Of a stretch of DNA of 64,000 bases, positions 12,303-24,308 are shown one piece after another (position 1 is the stretch's first letter; the number at the start of each line of letters is the position of its first letter). Made by a program: the position numbers and the translations under genes. The notes beneath the pieces are model-generated. The model ran no database searches and was not told the origin of the DNA. It was given only the letters and a program-made list of their open reading frames with translations. Source of the stretch: Octopus sinensis (lineage: Eukaryota); NCBI RefSeq assembly GCF_006345805.1, contig NC_043001.1, forward strand, positions 28,706,001-28,770,000. The letters run 5' to 3'.

Positions 12303-12511
12303 TTTTTTACTTGTTTCAGTCATTTCACTGCAGCCATACTGGAGCACTACCCTAAAGGGTTTTAGTTGAAAAAGTCCATCCCAGAACTTATTCTTTGTAA
12401 GCCAAGTACTTATTCTTTCAGTCTCTTTAGCCAAACCGTTAAGTTATGGGGACATAAATATATCAACATCGGCTGTCAAGCAATGGTGGAGGGACAAATA
12501 CAGATACAAAG

Positions 12512-12545
<34 letters not shown>

Positions 12546-12719
12546 ACATAGTTTCCATATACACAGTCTCTATATACAGTTTCCAGCTAGCAAATTAACT
12601 CATAAGGTTTGGTCGGTCTGAGGCTATAGTAGAAGACACCTGCCCAAGGTGCCACACAATAGGACTGACCCCAGAACCATGCGGTTGGAAAGCCAACTTC
12701 TTATCACACAGCCACACCT
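12303..12719 (-). mobile_element. SINE family A, decayed
   Basis: Homology to family A. Confidence 0.8.
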
Positions 12720-13233
12720 ATAATGTACTCATTCAGTCTCAAGATTTCACAATATGGTTTCCCCCATGAGCCAGTGAGGGAGTCTCTACACAGTCACTGA
12801 TTCTTCAAAAATTAGCAGCCACGTGTAAATTTATTCACATCAAATATTACTATCATAATAAAAAAAAAAAAAGAGAAAGAAACAGTGACTTCCTAGATAA
12901 TGTACACCGTGTGTGGAGTGTGACATAATAGTCCGAGATATACAAAAATACAGACAGGATGGTCATGCATGGAATGTCTTTCATAAGTTTGTTCTACCAG
13001 CACTGACTTGGAAATTTAAACTTTCTTCTTACTCTTACTTCTTCCAGTGACATGACTCACCACCGAGTCACTCATGTGTTTCAATAAATAATTTTATGCT
13101 CTAGTTGCATGAGACAATTATAAAATACTTATACTTACATAACTTGAAACTAGTTCATTTTTTATGTACACACACACAAGATAGATCGCTAGCCACTACA
13201 CATTATTTTCTCTCCTTGTTTTTTTCTGTGTTC

Positions 13234-13269
13234 CTTTCTGTGGAAGAGCATAGGCTCGAAACGTTAACA
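13234..13269 (+). ncRNA. Hammerhead-like motif (variant core CUGUGGA) in short PLE-like element (about 13200-13355)
   Basis: CUGUGGA-A-GAGC(AUAG)GCUC-GAAA-CGUU. Palindromic stem III. Element abuts (TA)n. Confidence 0.45.
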
Positions 13270-13353
13270 ACTTTTTCACTTCCCAAGCGTTGTACTAATA
13301 CATCTGTTTGTTGTCTACACCAACTGTCTTTTGTTTTTTTTTTTGTGAATTCT

Positions 13354-13396
<43 letters not shown>

Positions 13397-14000
13397 ATAC
13401 ACACACACACACAAACAAACATACACATACATAACGTGTGTGCACACACTGCAGGAAATATCTACAAATCAGTTCAAATAGTAGTTAAGCTTCCCTCAAA
13501 CCACAACCTACCATCTTTAAAAAAAAACAAAAACAGAAAATAATAATCCTTGATACAATGTTTGAATAAAAGATAGAAAGGGCTAAAATACCTTTGATCA
13601 ACAGGTCTAATGAGCCAAGGCTGACCAGGGGCTAAATCAGTATTTTCCAGTCAAGATTTCTTCGAACCCTAAGGTTCCACAAAAGGTTGCTAGGCATTCT
13701 GCAAGATATAAAAATACATATATGTGATATTCAGTATATTATTATATATGCACAGTATATTTGCTATGGTTAAAAGGTTAGAAAATCATGGTATATTTCT
13801 GTTATTCTTTAAATAATAGACCTATCTCTGTTATCAGAATGAGATATTTGGGTGTGGTTGTTTATATGCTGACAATTTGGCATGGCTGACTGGACATTCA
13901 GCCAGTTATAGTGATAGTAAGTTTTGGCACTGGTAGCATGCACACACACACACACACACATGCACATACACACAAAATATATATAAACACATGTTCTTTG

Positions 14001-14209
14001 CTACTCTCGCACAAGGTCTGAAATTTTGGGGGAGGGGGCCAGTCAATTAGATCAATCCCCAATATGCAACTGGTACTTAATTTATCGACCCCAAAAGGAT
14101 GAAAGGCAAAGTTGACTTCAGCGGAATCTGAACTCAGAATATAAAGACAGACAAAATACCGCTAAGCATTTTGCCTGGTGTGCTAACGTTTCTGCCAGCT
14201 CACCACCTT
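14001..14209 (-). mobile_element. SINE family B
   Basis: Reverse complement of family B head and domain. Confidence 0.85.
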
Positions 14210-14285
14210 AATGTATACATATGTTAGTGAAAGAAGAAGACAAAGAGAGACATTACACTCAAACACACGTATGTATGTATGTATG

Positions 14286-14353
<68 letters not shown>

Positions 14354-14582
14354 GCAGTTCGGAAAAGAGACCAATAGTATAAGTACTAGGCTTACAAAGA
14401 ATATGTCCTGGGGTCGAGTTATTCTACTAAAAGTGGTGCTCCAGCATGGCCACAGTTAAAATGACTGAAACAAGTAAAAGAATATATGTCTGTGTGTGTG
14501 TGTGTATATATGTGACCTCGTGAGCACTGCCAGCAATTTTTTTTCCTCTGTCTTCCCTTCTCGGGATCTTTCCTTCTCCAAT

Positions 14583-14617
14583 GTTTCCGACGAAGAGCTC
14601 CGCTTGAAACGTTAAAC
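14583..14617 (+). ncRNA. Minimal type I hammerhead-like motif (core CCGACGA) in short PLE-like element (about 14510-14720)
   Basis: GUUU-CCGACGA-A-GAGC(UCC)GCUU-GAAA-CGUU-AAAC. Stem I GUUU/AAAC, palindromic ACGU stem III, GUU site. Confidence 0.6.
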
Positions 14618-15215
14618 CCTCCTTCTTCCCTTCTTTCCTGAGCATTCAATAATACTTTATTTGTTCCACGTCCTCGCGTTGCTGTGTTTTTTTGTGTTTT
14701 CTTGTTTGGATTAACTTTATATATATGTATATATATATATACACACACACATACAAACATAACCAGCTGCTGACATACAGACAGAGAGAATGTGGAGAGG
14801 AGAGAAAGATAAACAGAGAAGAATCAAAGAATCTGATGTTGAATAAGTCAGTGTTGAATCAACGAAACCAAATACACGGTGCCAAAACAGCTATGCCGAA
14901 ATGTCTCGTACCCATCAGTAGTCGTAGATGGAAAGTGATTGAGTGAATAAAGCATGCAACTACCTATCGTCTAACAGATTATGTTGCTGCTGTGTTGTTA
15001 TTGTTTAGCAAGCCTTAGTTGAGAGACCAGATACTCCAGCTGCAACCATACCATCTTTTGGGGGGATGTTTAGGATCATATTATCCAATGTTTTCATTTT
15101 TCTTTTTAAAAAAAAAAAAAAGCTGTAGGGCAGTGGATCTTAACTGGGGTCCATATAAGACTTTCGAGGGTCCATACAAGCAAAATACCAAATTGGGTCC
15201 ACAGGGGTGACTGTG

Positions 15216-15606
15216 AGGCACAAGAGTGGCTGTGTGGTAAGTAGCTTGCTTACCAACCACATGGCTCAAGGTTCATTCCTACTGCATAGCACCTTGGGCA
15301 AGTGTCTTCTACTATAGCCTCAGGCCGACCAAAGCCTTGTGAGTGGATTTGGTAAACGGAAACTGAAAGAAACCCTTCATATATGTGTGTGTGTGTGTGT
15401 GTGTGTTTGTTTGTCTCCCCAACACCATTTGACAACCGATGGTGGTGTGTTTACGTCCCCGTAACTTACTGGTTCAGGAAAAGAGGCGGGTAGAATACTA
15501 GGCTTACAAAGAATAAGTCCTGGGGTCGATTTGCTTGACTAAAGGCAGTGCTCCAGCATGCCCGCAGTCAAATGACTGACACAAGTAAAGGAGAGTAAAA
15601 AGAGTA
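15216..15606 (+). mobile_element. SINE family A
   Basis: Full head-to-tail homology. Confidence 0.9.
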
Positions 15607-15792
15607 ATGATATCTTATGAGTCCATGAAAAACTTTTGCTCAGAAGTATTTTTGCAAGAAACAAATAGGTTTCTTTCTCTAACATTTTATGTAGTTGAGC
15701 TTACACCAGTTAATGTGTGAAAAACAAAACATGAAGTTTGAAAGAACTTTCTATTAAACTAGTTTTTAAGCATTAATTAGAAATGGAGTTCT

Positions 15793-15954
15793 AGGCATAG
15801 GAGTGGCTGTGTGGTAAGTAGCTTGCTTACCAACCACATGGTTCCAGGTTCAGTCCCACTGTGTGGCACTTTGGGCAAGTGCCTTCTACTATAGCCAAAT
15901 GCCGACCAAAGCCTTGTGAGTGGATTTGGTAGACGGAAACTGAAAGAAGCCTGT

Positions 15955-16002
<48 letters not shown>

Positions 16003-16222
16003 TGTGTGTGTGTGTGTGTCTGTGTCTCCCCCTCCAACTTCACTTGACAACCGATGCTGGTGTGTTCACGTCCCCGTAGCTTAGCAGTTCAGCAAAAGAG
16101 ACCAATAGAATAAGTAGTAGGCTTACAAAGAATAAATCCTGGGGTCGATTTGCTCGATTAAAGGTGGTGCTCCAGCATGGCCACAGTCAAATGGTTAAAA
16201 CAAGTAAAAGAGTAAAGAGTAA
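15793..16222 (+). mobile_element. SINE family A
   Basis: Full head-to-tail homology. Confidence 0.9.
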
Positions 16223-16799
16223 AAAGGGGTCTATAGGTAAAAAAAAAATGAGAATCACTGCAGTAGAGTTTGAACTGAAAGAGTTTTAGCTGCTATTTCT
16301 AATAAGTCAGGTGACCATGTAGAGACTTGTAAACATGTAATGGATTAATGTTTAAACATTAGCAACAGATGTTTCGCTTGGTCCCTGGGAAAGACAACTA
16401 CCAGCTCTTTCTAGGTATGATAGTCTATCTATAGGAAGATATTGAACTACTTAATGCCACAGAATCTGTATGTAACACTTAGAACTATTTATTTATTGCC
16501 AGCATTATACAGTAAGGGATGTGTAATATAAATTACTTCTATCTCTACAAGCAGAGTGACAGCTGGTATGAGCTCAAATTTCATTCATACAGTGAAGCAA
16601 ATGAGAAATCCCTCTGTGATTGGCTGTAGATGCCAGACCAGCAGAAACATTTCCAAGTTATTTGGTATTTATTCTGCCCTATAGGCTACATTGGAAAAGT
16701 GAACATTACAATGATGATGCTGATGATGAAAATACTAGAGTAGATTGTCAACTAAATCCCCCTCTAGCAAAAATTTGGCTTTGTGCTTAATCAAAGAGT

Positions 16800-17155
16800 G
16801 GAGGTGCATGGCTTAGTGGTTAGGGTGTCAGTATCATGATCATAAGATTGTGGTTTCGATTCCTGGACCGGGCGACATGTTTGGCTTTGTGCATAATCAA
16901 AGAGTTGAGGCGCGTGGCTTAGTGGTTAGAGTGTCAGTATCATGATCGTAAGATTGTGGTTTCGATTCCTGGACCGGGCGATGATTTGTGTTATTCAGCA
17001 AAACACTTCATTTCACGTTGCTCCAGTCCACTCAGCTGGCAAAAATGAGTAACGCTGTGATGGACTGGCGTCCCGTCCAGCTGGGGAACACATACGCCAT
17101 AGAAACCGGGAAGCCAGGCCCATGAGCCTGACTAGGCTTTAAAAGGGTGCATTTA
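16800..17155 (+). mobile_element. tRNA-headed SINE with CORE-like and V-like segments, duplicated head
   Basis: A-box TGGCTTAGTGG, B-box-like GGTTTCGATTCC, CORE-like CCAGTCCACTCAGCTGG, V-like GATGGACTGGCGTCCCGTCCAG. 106-bp tandem duplication at the 5' end. Confidence 0.8.
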
Positions 17156-17253
17156 TTTTTTTTTTTTAATCAAAAAAGATAAAACTGAAAAATAGTACTC
17201 GTATAAGAAAGTTTATAGCTGATTGATTCATGGATTCATAATATTGTATATAC

Positions 17254-17454
17254 CAGTGGTTTTCAACCGGGGTTCCGCCAGTACAGTCCAGGGGTTCCGC
17301 AAGAAGTTACAAAACTGCTAAAATCGGCAGTAATTTTTCATTCTCCTGTGCAGATATGTGTGCATAAAACTATTAAATAATTGCACAGGGGTTCCTCGAG
17401 CCAGTGGAATGTTTCCTTGGGGTTCCGCTCCAGCAAAAAGTTTGAAAAGCACTG
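17254..17454 (+). mobile_element. hAT (Charlie-like) MITE
   Basis: TIR CAGTGGTTTTCAA / TTGAAAAGCACTG. Perfect 8-bp TSD GTATATAC at 17246-17253 and 17455-17462. Confidence 0.9.
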
Positions 17455-17503
17455 GTATATACATCCACAGAAACATTTCTCCACCCAGAAAAAACCACTT
17501 TAA

Positions 17504-17719
17504 CCTTTAGCATTCAAATTATTCTATCAGATGTAATGCTTATTAATTCACATTGTTTTGAATTAATCATACATTGTCTCACAGCCTGAAGATTTCAATG
17601 ATGTGGCTGTTTATGTTTAGACTGATATTGTAGGGTAGGTGTGAGAGGCTAGATCTGGCTGGTTTGAACATAAAGCAGGTAGCTTTGGGCTAAATATGGC
17701 TGATTTGAATACTGAAGAG
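17504..17719 (+). mobile_element. TTAA MITE family 2
   Basis: TTAA on both sides. Homologous to 24846. Confidence 0.8.
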
Positions 17720-18171
17720 TTAAAATATATTTCCAGGAGTGAATAAAAAAATTCTCAAACTTGAGGGGATGGGCCCCTTAGATACTAACATGGGCCCCCA
17801 TATATGGATTCTAATAGAGCAGGGGGCCCACTTGCCATTGGGCAAGCTGGCCAGTCCACCACTGATTGTAGCTGTGACGATATAATTTCCCCTCCTTCCC
17901 CAACCCCACCACAATATAGAAGCTCCTGCACCACATTGTCCAAAGTGACAAGGGAGACTATGTGTGGTCACTTAGCTAGTTAGAAATAGCAGCCAAATTT
18001 CTCTCAAACCACACATTACCATACTAGAATTGTATGATGTAGCCTGAGATACATTATATCTGGATAAACAAAACTGACAGTCATGGTTGGAATGTCTGAT
18101 CATAGTTTTACCTCAATTCAGGCCAAACTGGGGCTAAATATCAATAACAAAGATATCAATATCAAAAATAT

Positions 18172-18572
18172 CAGGAGTGGCTGTGTGGTAAGTAGCTTGC
18201 TAACCAGCCACATGGTTCCGGGTTCAGTCCCACTGCGTGGCGTCTTGGGCAAGTGTCTTCTGCTATAGCCCCGGGCCGACCAATGCCTTGTGAGTGGATT
18301 TGGTAGACGGAAACTGAAAGAAGCCTGTCGTATATATGTATATATGTGTATATATATATGTGTTTGTGTGTCTGTGTTTGTCCCCCTAGCATTGCTTGAC
18401 AACCGATGCTGGTGTGTTTACGTCCCCGTCACTTAGCAGTTCGGCAAAAGAGACCGATAGAATAAGTACTGGGCTTACAACGAATAAGTCCCGGGCTCGA
18501 TTTGCCCGACTATAGGCGGTGCTCCAGCATGGCCGCAGTCAAATGACTGAAACAAGTAAAAGAGAGAGAGTA
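18172..18572 (+). mobile_element. SINE family A, young subfamily
   Basis: Near-identical to the 26265 copy. Confidence 0.92.
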
Positions 18573-18658
18573 ACATATATCCTTTTTTGAGGGAGATCCA
18601 GCTATTTTTAGTAAGTCAACTGTTCAAAATAGTAATACTAATACTGGTCAAATGCTTG

Positions 18659-18713
<55 letters not shown>

Positions 18714-18959
18714 AAGACATTGAGTATTTTCCAGCCAGACTAACAAGAAGACAGAATGAATTACTATTTTTTTATCTTTTATTTATTTCTGTCATTGGAC
18801 TATGGCCATACTGGGGCACCACCTTGACTAAATTAATAAGTCCGCTTCTTATTTATTTAGTCCCTTTTTTCCTTTTTTAACTGCTAAGTTACAGGGACGT
18901 AAGCTAACATTGGTTGTCAAAAGGTGGGGAGGAGAACAAACAGACACATAAGCACACAA

Positions 18960-19275
18960 TTACATATATACACACACACACAAAAATACATATATACGCA
19001 CAAATACAAACATATATATATACGCACACAAACATACATATATACACACACATATATAGACATACATACATACATATATATATATAGACATACATATACA
19101 CACACATAGACATACATACATACATATATAGACATACATATATACACACACATATATAGACATACATACATACATATATATATAGACATACATATATACA
19201 CACACATATATAGACATACATACATACATATATAGACATACATATATACACACACACACACACACACATATATAG
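18960..19275. repeat. Compound CA/TA/GACATA microsatellite grown inside a family A fragment
   Basis: Direct reading. Begins at the SINE's internal microsatellite position. Confidence 0.9.
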
Positions 19276-19285
19276 ACGGGACACA

Positions 19286-19812
19286 AAACTCTACTTGTGA
19301 AGACGTGTTGAGGCAAGTGAGGATCAGAATCGAAATCGATCAATGGAAATTGCGGATGTGCTACCAGTGCCGGTGGCATGTCGAAACTCTGCTTGTGAAG
19401 ACCCATTGAGGCAAGTGAGGATCAGAATCGAAATCGATCAATGGAAATTGCAGATGTGTTACCAGTGCCGGTGGCATGTAAGAGAACTTTCCGTTTCGCG
19501 ACCGTTGCCAGCACCGCTCCGTTTCGTGTCCGTTGCCAGCCTCGCCTGGCCCTCGTGCCGGTGGCACATAAAAAGCACCATCCGTTCGTGGCCGTTTGCC
19601 AGCTCTGTCTGGCACCAGTGCGGGTGGCACGTAAAAAGCACCCACTACACTCACGGAGTGGTTGGCGTTAGGAAGGGCATCCAGCCGTAGAAACACTGCC
19701 AGATTTGACTGGGCCTGATGAAGCCTTCTGGCTTCACAGACCCCAGTAGAACCGTCCAACCCATGCTAGCATGGAAAACGGACGCTAAATGATGATGATG
19801 ATGATGATGATA
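19286..19812 (+). mobile_element. RTE 3'UTR-derived element with 98-bp 5' tandem duplication
   Basis: Copies at 19286-19381 and 19384-19479, then hairpin modules, tail and (GAT)n. Confidence 0.85.
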
Positions 19813-20275
19813 CATACATTCACATACATACATATACACACACACAATGGGTTTCCACAGATTTTGTCTACAAAATTCTCTCACATGGTATACAAAGAAG
19901 ATACTAGCCCAAGGAGCCATAGAATGGGACTGAAACTGCAACTGAAACCATGTGGCTGCCAAGTGGCTCCCTCCTTAACCACACAGTTTCAGGTTCGGTC
20001 CCACAAATAAAACACTGTTTTCTTTTATGTTTTAGTCTTTTTGAAGACTTACAGTTCTTAGAATGTCGTCTATCAGGAAGACTGTACTTAGCCCCATGTT
20101 GAACTTTTAGCATTCTGCTACAAACTCAATTGTTGAAATCCAATATAAAGAGGGTGTAAGAAGTTTAAATAGCTGTAAATGACGTAGAAATAAATTTATA
20201 AAAACAACACAGACCATTACTTCAGGAAATGACCAATAACTAAGTATTAAGTGTTCTTGAATGCATTGTTCTAAA

Positions 20276-20309
<34 letters not shown>

Positions 20310-20692
20310 AAGTGAAGTTGTTTGTGTGTGTGTGTCAGGTTTGGTAGCCTTCAACTAACACTATCTCCTCTGAGACCCTGCGGCGCAAGTTGACCAAAAT
20401 TGAGAATATGATAGAAGAAGGCTTGCTCTTTCTTCTGTAGAAGAAAAAATTCAAATCGGACCATGTTAACACCAAAAATTATTTACATCAAAAAGGTGCT
20501 TTTTTTTTCTATGAAAATCCCTATTTTTTACAATTTTTTGACTGCTGTGTCGCCATTTTCCGGTGAATTTCAACCAGAAAAATGTTCACTTAAAGGGAAT
20601 AACAAGCTACATAATGCCATATTTTTACTTTTCAAAAATTCCAATTCTAAAGGGTCAAAACAAACCCGAGCAACGCCAGGTGATACTGCTAG
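20276..20692 (+). mobile_element. Non-autonomous Helitron-like element
   Basis: A|TC...CTAG|T junctions, no TSD. Subterminal hairpin CCCGAGCAACGCCAGG. Same 3' end as 30202-30592. Confidence 0.8.
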
Positions 20693-20844
20693 TTAATAAA
20701 TAAAGTTTGACAATAAAAGAACTAAAATGTATCTGACAATTTCTTCACATTCATGATAATCCAGTGAAAGTGAATTGTAACAGACAGCAACTGTTAAGAT
20801 ACAATCTTGGAAAACAAACACAAAAGCAGAATAAAATGAATTTT

Positions 20845-21295
20845 ATTTCTTATTATTTACTTGTTTCAGTCATTGGATTGTGGCCATGCTGGGGCACCAC
20901 TTGAAGGGTTTAGTTAAACAAATCAAGCCCAGTATTAACCCTTTCGTTACTGTATTTATTTTGAGATGCTCTGTGTTTCTTTCAATTACTTTAAATATAA
21001 AAAAGAATTTAGTAAAATAACTTAGTTTATCATTCAGCTAGTGTTAGGAACATAAATTGTGACTAAGGTTTGGTGGAAGATTTTAATTCAAATCTTATGG
21101 AAACAAAACATTTGTACTCAGACCCAGATCCAGTTTCAGCCAGGTTGGTAACAAAAGGATTAATTTTATTTATCAATTTTTAAGTATAGTACTTCATCTA
21201 TTAAGACTCTTTTGCAGAACCACTAAGTTACTGGAGATGTAAATAAACCAACTATAGTTGTCAAGTAGGGTGGGGACTGTACAAATAGAAAGACA
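20845..21295 (-). mobile_element. Old family A-like SINE interrupted by a MITE
   Basis: Tail and body homology continue across the MITE at 20939-21159. Confidence 0.65.
20939..21159 (-). mobile_element. TTAA MITE family 1
   Basis: TTAA at 20935-20938 and 21160-21163. Reverse complement of 6664-6883. Confidence 0.88.
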
Positions 21296-21918
21296 AAGAT
21301 ACAGAGAGAGAGAGAGAGAGAGTGTGTGAGAGAGTGAGTGAGACAGACAGGACAGGCAGTGTGATTTGAAGATCTGGCTGCTATTTCTAGCAGATCAAAT
21401 GACAACATACAGGCTTTATTAGTAATGATGTAAATGTGCACAATCTTAACAGCTAATAATAGAAAGAGTATCAAGGAGTAGCAATCACAGCATAAACTCC
21501 AAGTAAACAGTGTAATAGGCAGAAATACATCAATGTACGTCACAAATCTCCCTCAAATTACACACTGTCATTTTGAAAAAATATGAACACGCTGGACAAT
21601 ATAAACCAAGATACACAATGCATAAGAAAAGGATGAACTGGTTATGGTTGCAATGCCTTCAATCACATATTTGCTTCATCAGAACTGACCCAGTGCAAAC
21701 CAACAACAACCATAATGGAGATAGCACATGATGAGCTGCCAGTGTTGGAACTAACAGGGATCCAGATATATGTGGAAAATTGGTGTCTTTCATCTTTTAT
21801 GTTTCACTCATTGGACTGTGGCCATGCAGCAGCACTACCTTGAAAGGTTTCAGCAGAACAAATAGATGCCAGTGCTTTTATTTTTGTTTTTTTTTTTAAT
21901 TTGGTATTTATTGTATCT

Positions 21919-22220
21919 GGCCCAGTGGTTAGGGCAGCAGACTCACGGTCGGAGGATCGTGGTTTCAATTCCCAGACCAGGCGTTCTGTGTGTTTATTGA
22001 GCGAAAACACCTAAAGCCCCACGAGGCTCCGACAGAGGGTGGTGGTGACCCCTGTTGTACTCTTTCGCCCCAACTTTCTCTCACTCTCTCTTCCTGTTTC
22101 GTGAGTAACGCTCTGATGGACTGGTGTCCCGTCCAGCTGGCAGGGAAAACATACACCACAGAAACTGGGAAACCGGGCCCATGAGCCTGGCTAGGCTTGA
22201 AAAGATGCATGAATAAAATA
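21919..22220 (+). mobile_element. tRNA-headed SINE with different middle domain but same V-like segment and tail as 16907
   Basis: Shares GAGTAACGCT.TGATGGACTGG.GTCCCGTCCAGCTGG...GGCCCATGAGCCTG.CTAGGCTT with 17048-17140. Non-homologous 22000-22100. Confidence 0.75.
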
Positions 22221-22463
22221 ATAGATTTATTGTATCAGTCTCTTCTGTGGAACCACTAAGTCACAGGTACAGAAACAAACCAGCACCAGTTGTCAAGCAA
22301 GATTGGGGGTGGGACAAACACAAATATATAGGGCTTCTTTCAGTTTCCATTTAAATTCTCTTACAAGGCATTGGTCAACCCAAGATTACAGTAAAGAGCA
22401 GAAGCCCAAATTGGTGCATTGCAAACCTAATCAACCCATGTCAGCAGAGAAACCAGACAAGAT

Positions 22464-22662
22464 GATAATGATGAGGGTGATGATGATGACGATGATGACG
22501 ATGATGATGATGGTGCTGATGGTGATAAGGATGATTATCTTGATGATAATGTTTTTTGGTGACTCCATTGTAAATAATTATGATGATGACAATAGCATCA
22601 AAGACTTGATGCTAACAAAGAAAAAAAAACCAATGATGATGGTGATGATAATGATGATGACA
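22464..22662 (+). repeat. Degenerate (GAT)n
   Basis: Direct reading. Confidence 0.85.
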
Positions 22663-22877
22663 TCCATATGTAATACATATTACTGGTAAAAAACATGTTG
22701 GTGAATTCTGGCTCATTGGCATAAAGAATTTCCAATTTCGCCTCTATAATTCTCTTTCCATGTGGGACAGGTTATGCAGTATATTACGTTCTGCATCTTG
22801 CAATTCATGTCTGCATAACTTTGAATGTGTGCCCACTCTTAAATTTTATTTGTTTGTTTCCCCCTGTATATTTGTAG

Positions 22878-22936
22878 ATGGGGTTACTGCAGATCCCACA
22901 TCTACCATCTCCACACTCTTGACCAGCTGTATAGAT
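22878..22936 (+). CDS. Candidate 59-nt exon E (phase 1-0); xGVTADPTSTISTLLTSCID
   Basis: Long pyrimidine tract with TTTGTAG acceptor ending at 22877. GTAAGC donor at 22937. The phase-1 frame is open and matches the exits of short exon A and of exon C. Confidence 0.6.
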
Positions 22937-23273
22937 GTAAGCACATTTTTTTTCTTCTTTCTTTCTTTCCTTCTCTTTTCCATTGACACTCCTTTCAGAT
23001 ACACAGGCACACACACACACAAAAACACACACTCTCACTTTCTCCCCATTCCTCACCTTCTTTTACTATCCTATATCTCTCTCCACACCTACACACTCAA
23101 TAATACTATAAAAAGAGACGAATCCCCTCAAAAAATTCAAATCTGAAGAATCTACTAGAGTAGATGCAAGCGCTAATATATGATTTATAAAAACATGTGA
23201 CATATTAATAAAAATCTGTAAATGTACACCCATCCAGATTTCTGAGTACCTTATTTTTTCTAATCTCTCTCTT

Positions 23274-23305
<32 letters not shown>

Positions 23306-23761
23306 CATATATATATAGAGAGATTATAAAGTGGTCATTTCTTTGTCATACACCAAAAACATGACAGCTAGCAAGTGAGAAAGAGGCAACAAATGACAAA
23401 GTGAAAGCAGATACTTACAAAAGAATAGGAGGGAGGGAGAGAGAGAGATACTACAAACAAGAGCAAGGGATAAAATCAGACACCAGTAGAAGTAGAGGGA
23501 AAAGAAGATAATTAATGTTGTTACAGTAGTAGTAGTAAGTCTTTCAAAACTTTGGCACAAGGCCAGCAATTTTAGAGGGAACAAGTAAATGGATTACTAG
23601 GCTAGCACTTGTTTTTCAGCTGAGAGTACTGGAGCTACATGATATAAAGAACTTTTCTCAAGGATACAATGCAAAGCCCAGTCCAAGAATTGGACCCACA
23701 ACTTTCTGATTAATCATGAGCCCGACACTATAAATCCCCATACCATATGTCTACGCAGCAG

Positions 23762-24005
23762 GAGTGTGTGTGTGTGTGTTGGTGTGCGTGTATGTGTGTG
23801 TTGGTGTGCATGCGTGTATGTGTTGGTGTGTGCGTGTGTTGGTGTGTGTGTGTGTTGGTGTGTGTGTTGGTGTGTGTGTTGGTGTGTGTGTTGGTGTGTG
23901 TGTTGGTGTGTGTGTTGGTGTGTGTGTTGGTGTGTGTGTGTGTTGGTGTGTGTGTGTGTTGGTTTGTGTGTGTGTTGGTTTGTGTGTGTGTTGGTTTGTG
24001 TTCGT
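23762..24005 (+). repeat. (GTTGGTGTGTGT)n-type minisatellite
   Basis: Direct reading. Confidence 0.92.
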
Positions 24006-24269
24006 GTGTATGTGTCTGTTGAGAAGTGGGGGGAGGCGTGTGTGTGAATACGTGTACTATCCTTCCAGCTCTGACTAAACCCTAAAACAAAATTTAAACA
24101 TTTAGAATTCCCCTTGAGGTGATGATAACGACAACAACAAAAGCTATAATAGAGAGAGTAAAAAATACTGAGCAAGTTTCAGCTCTGTTAATGTAAATGA
24201 ATAGAAAGAATGGCTAGAATACTGAACTTAATAGTTTATAAGTTTTAACTAATACTGTCACGTGCAATG

Positions 24270-24308
<39 letters not shown>

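Noticed and set aside
13820-13916. Open frame ending at GTAAGT
   Set aside because: Weak acceptor, and the phase-0 entry has no upstream partner at that position.
15130-15210. hAT-like left end CAGTGGATCTTAAC
   Set aside because: Only one terminus is visible and it is cut by a SINE; too little to classify.
16800-16985. Possible tRNA genes (also all other SINE heads)
   Set aside because: A/B boxes run directly into SINE cores and there is no complete cloverleaf.
17760-17865. GGGCCCC-rich segment ending CCAGTCCACCACTG
   Set aside because: Probably one end of a DNA-transposon MITE, but no partner TIR was found, so it is not called.
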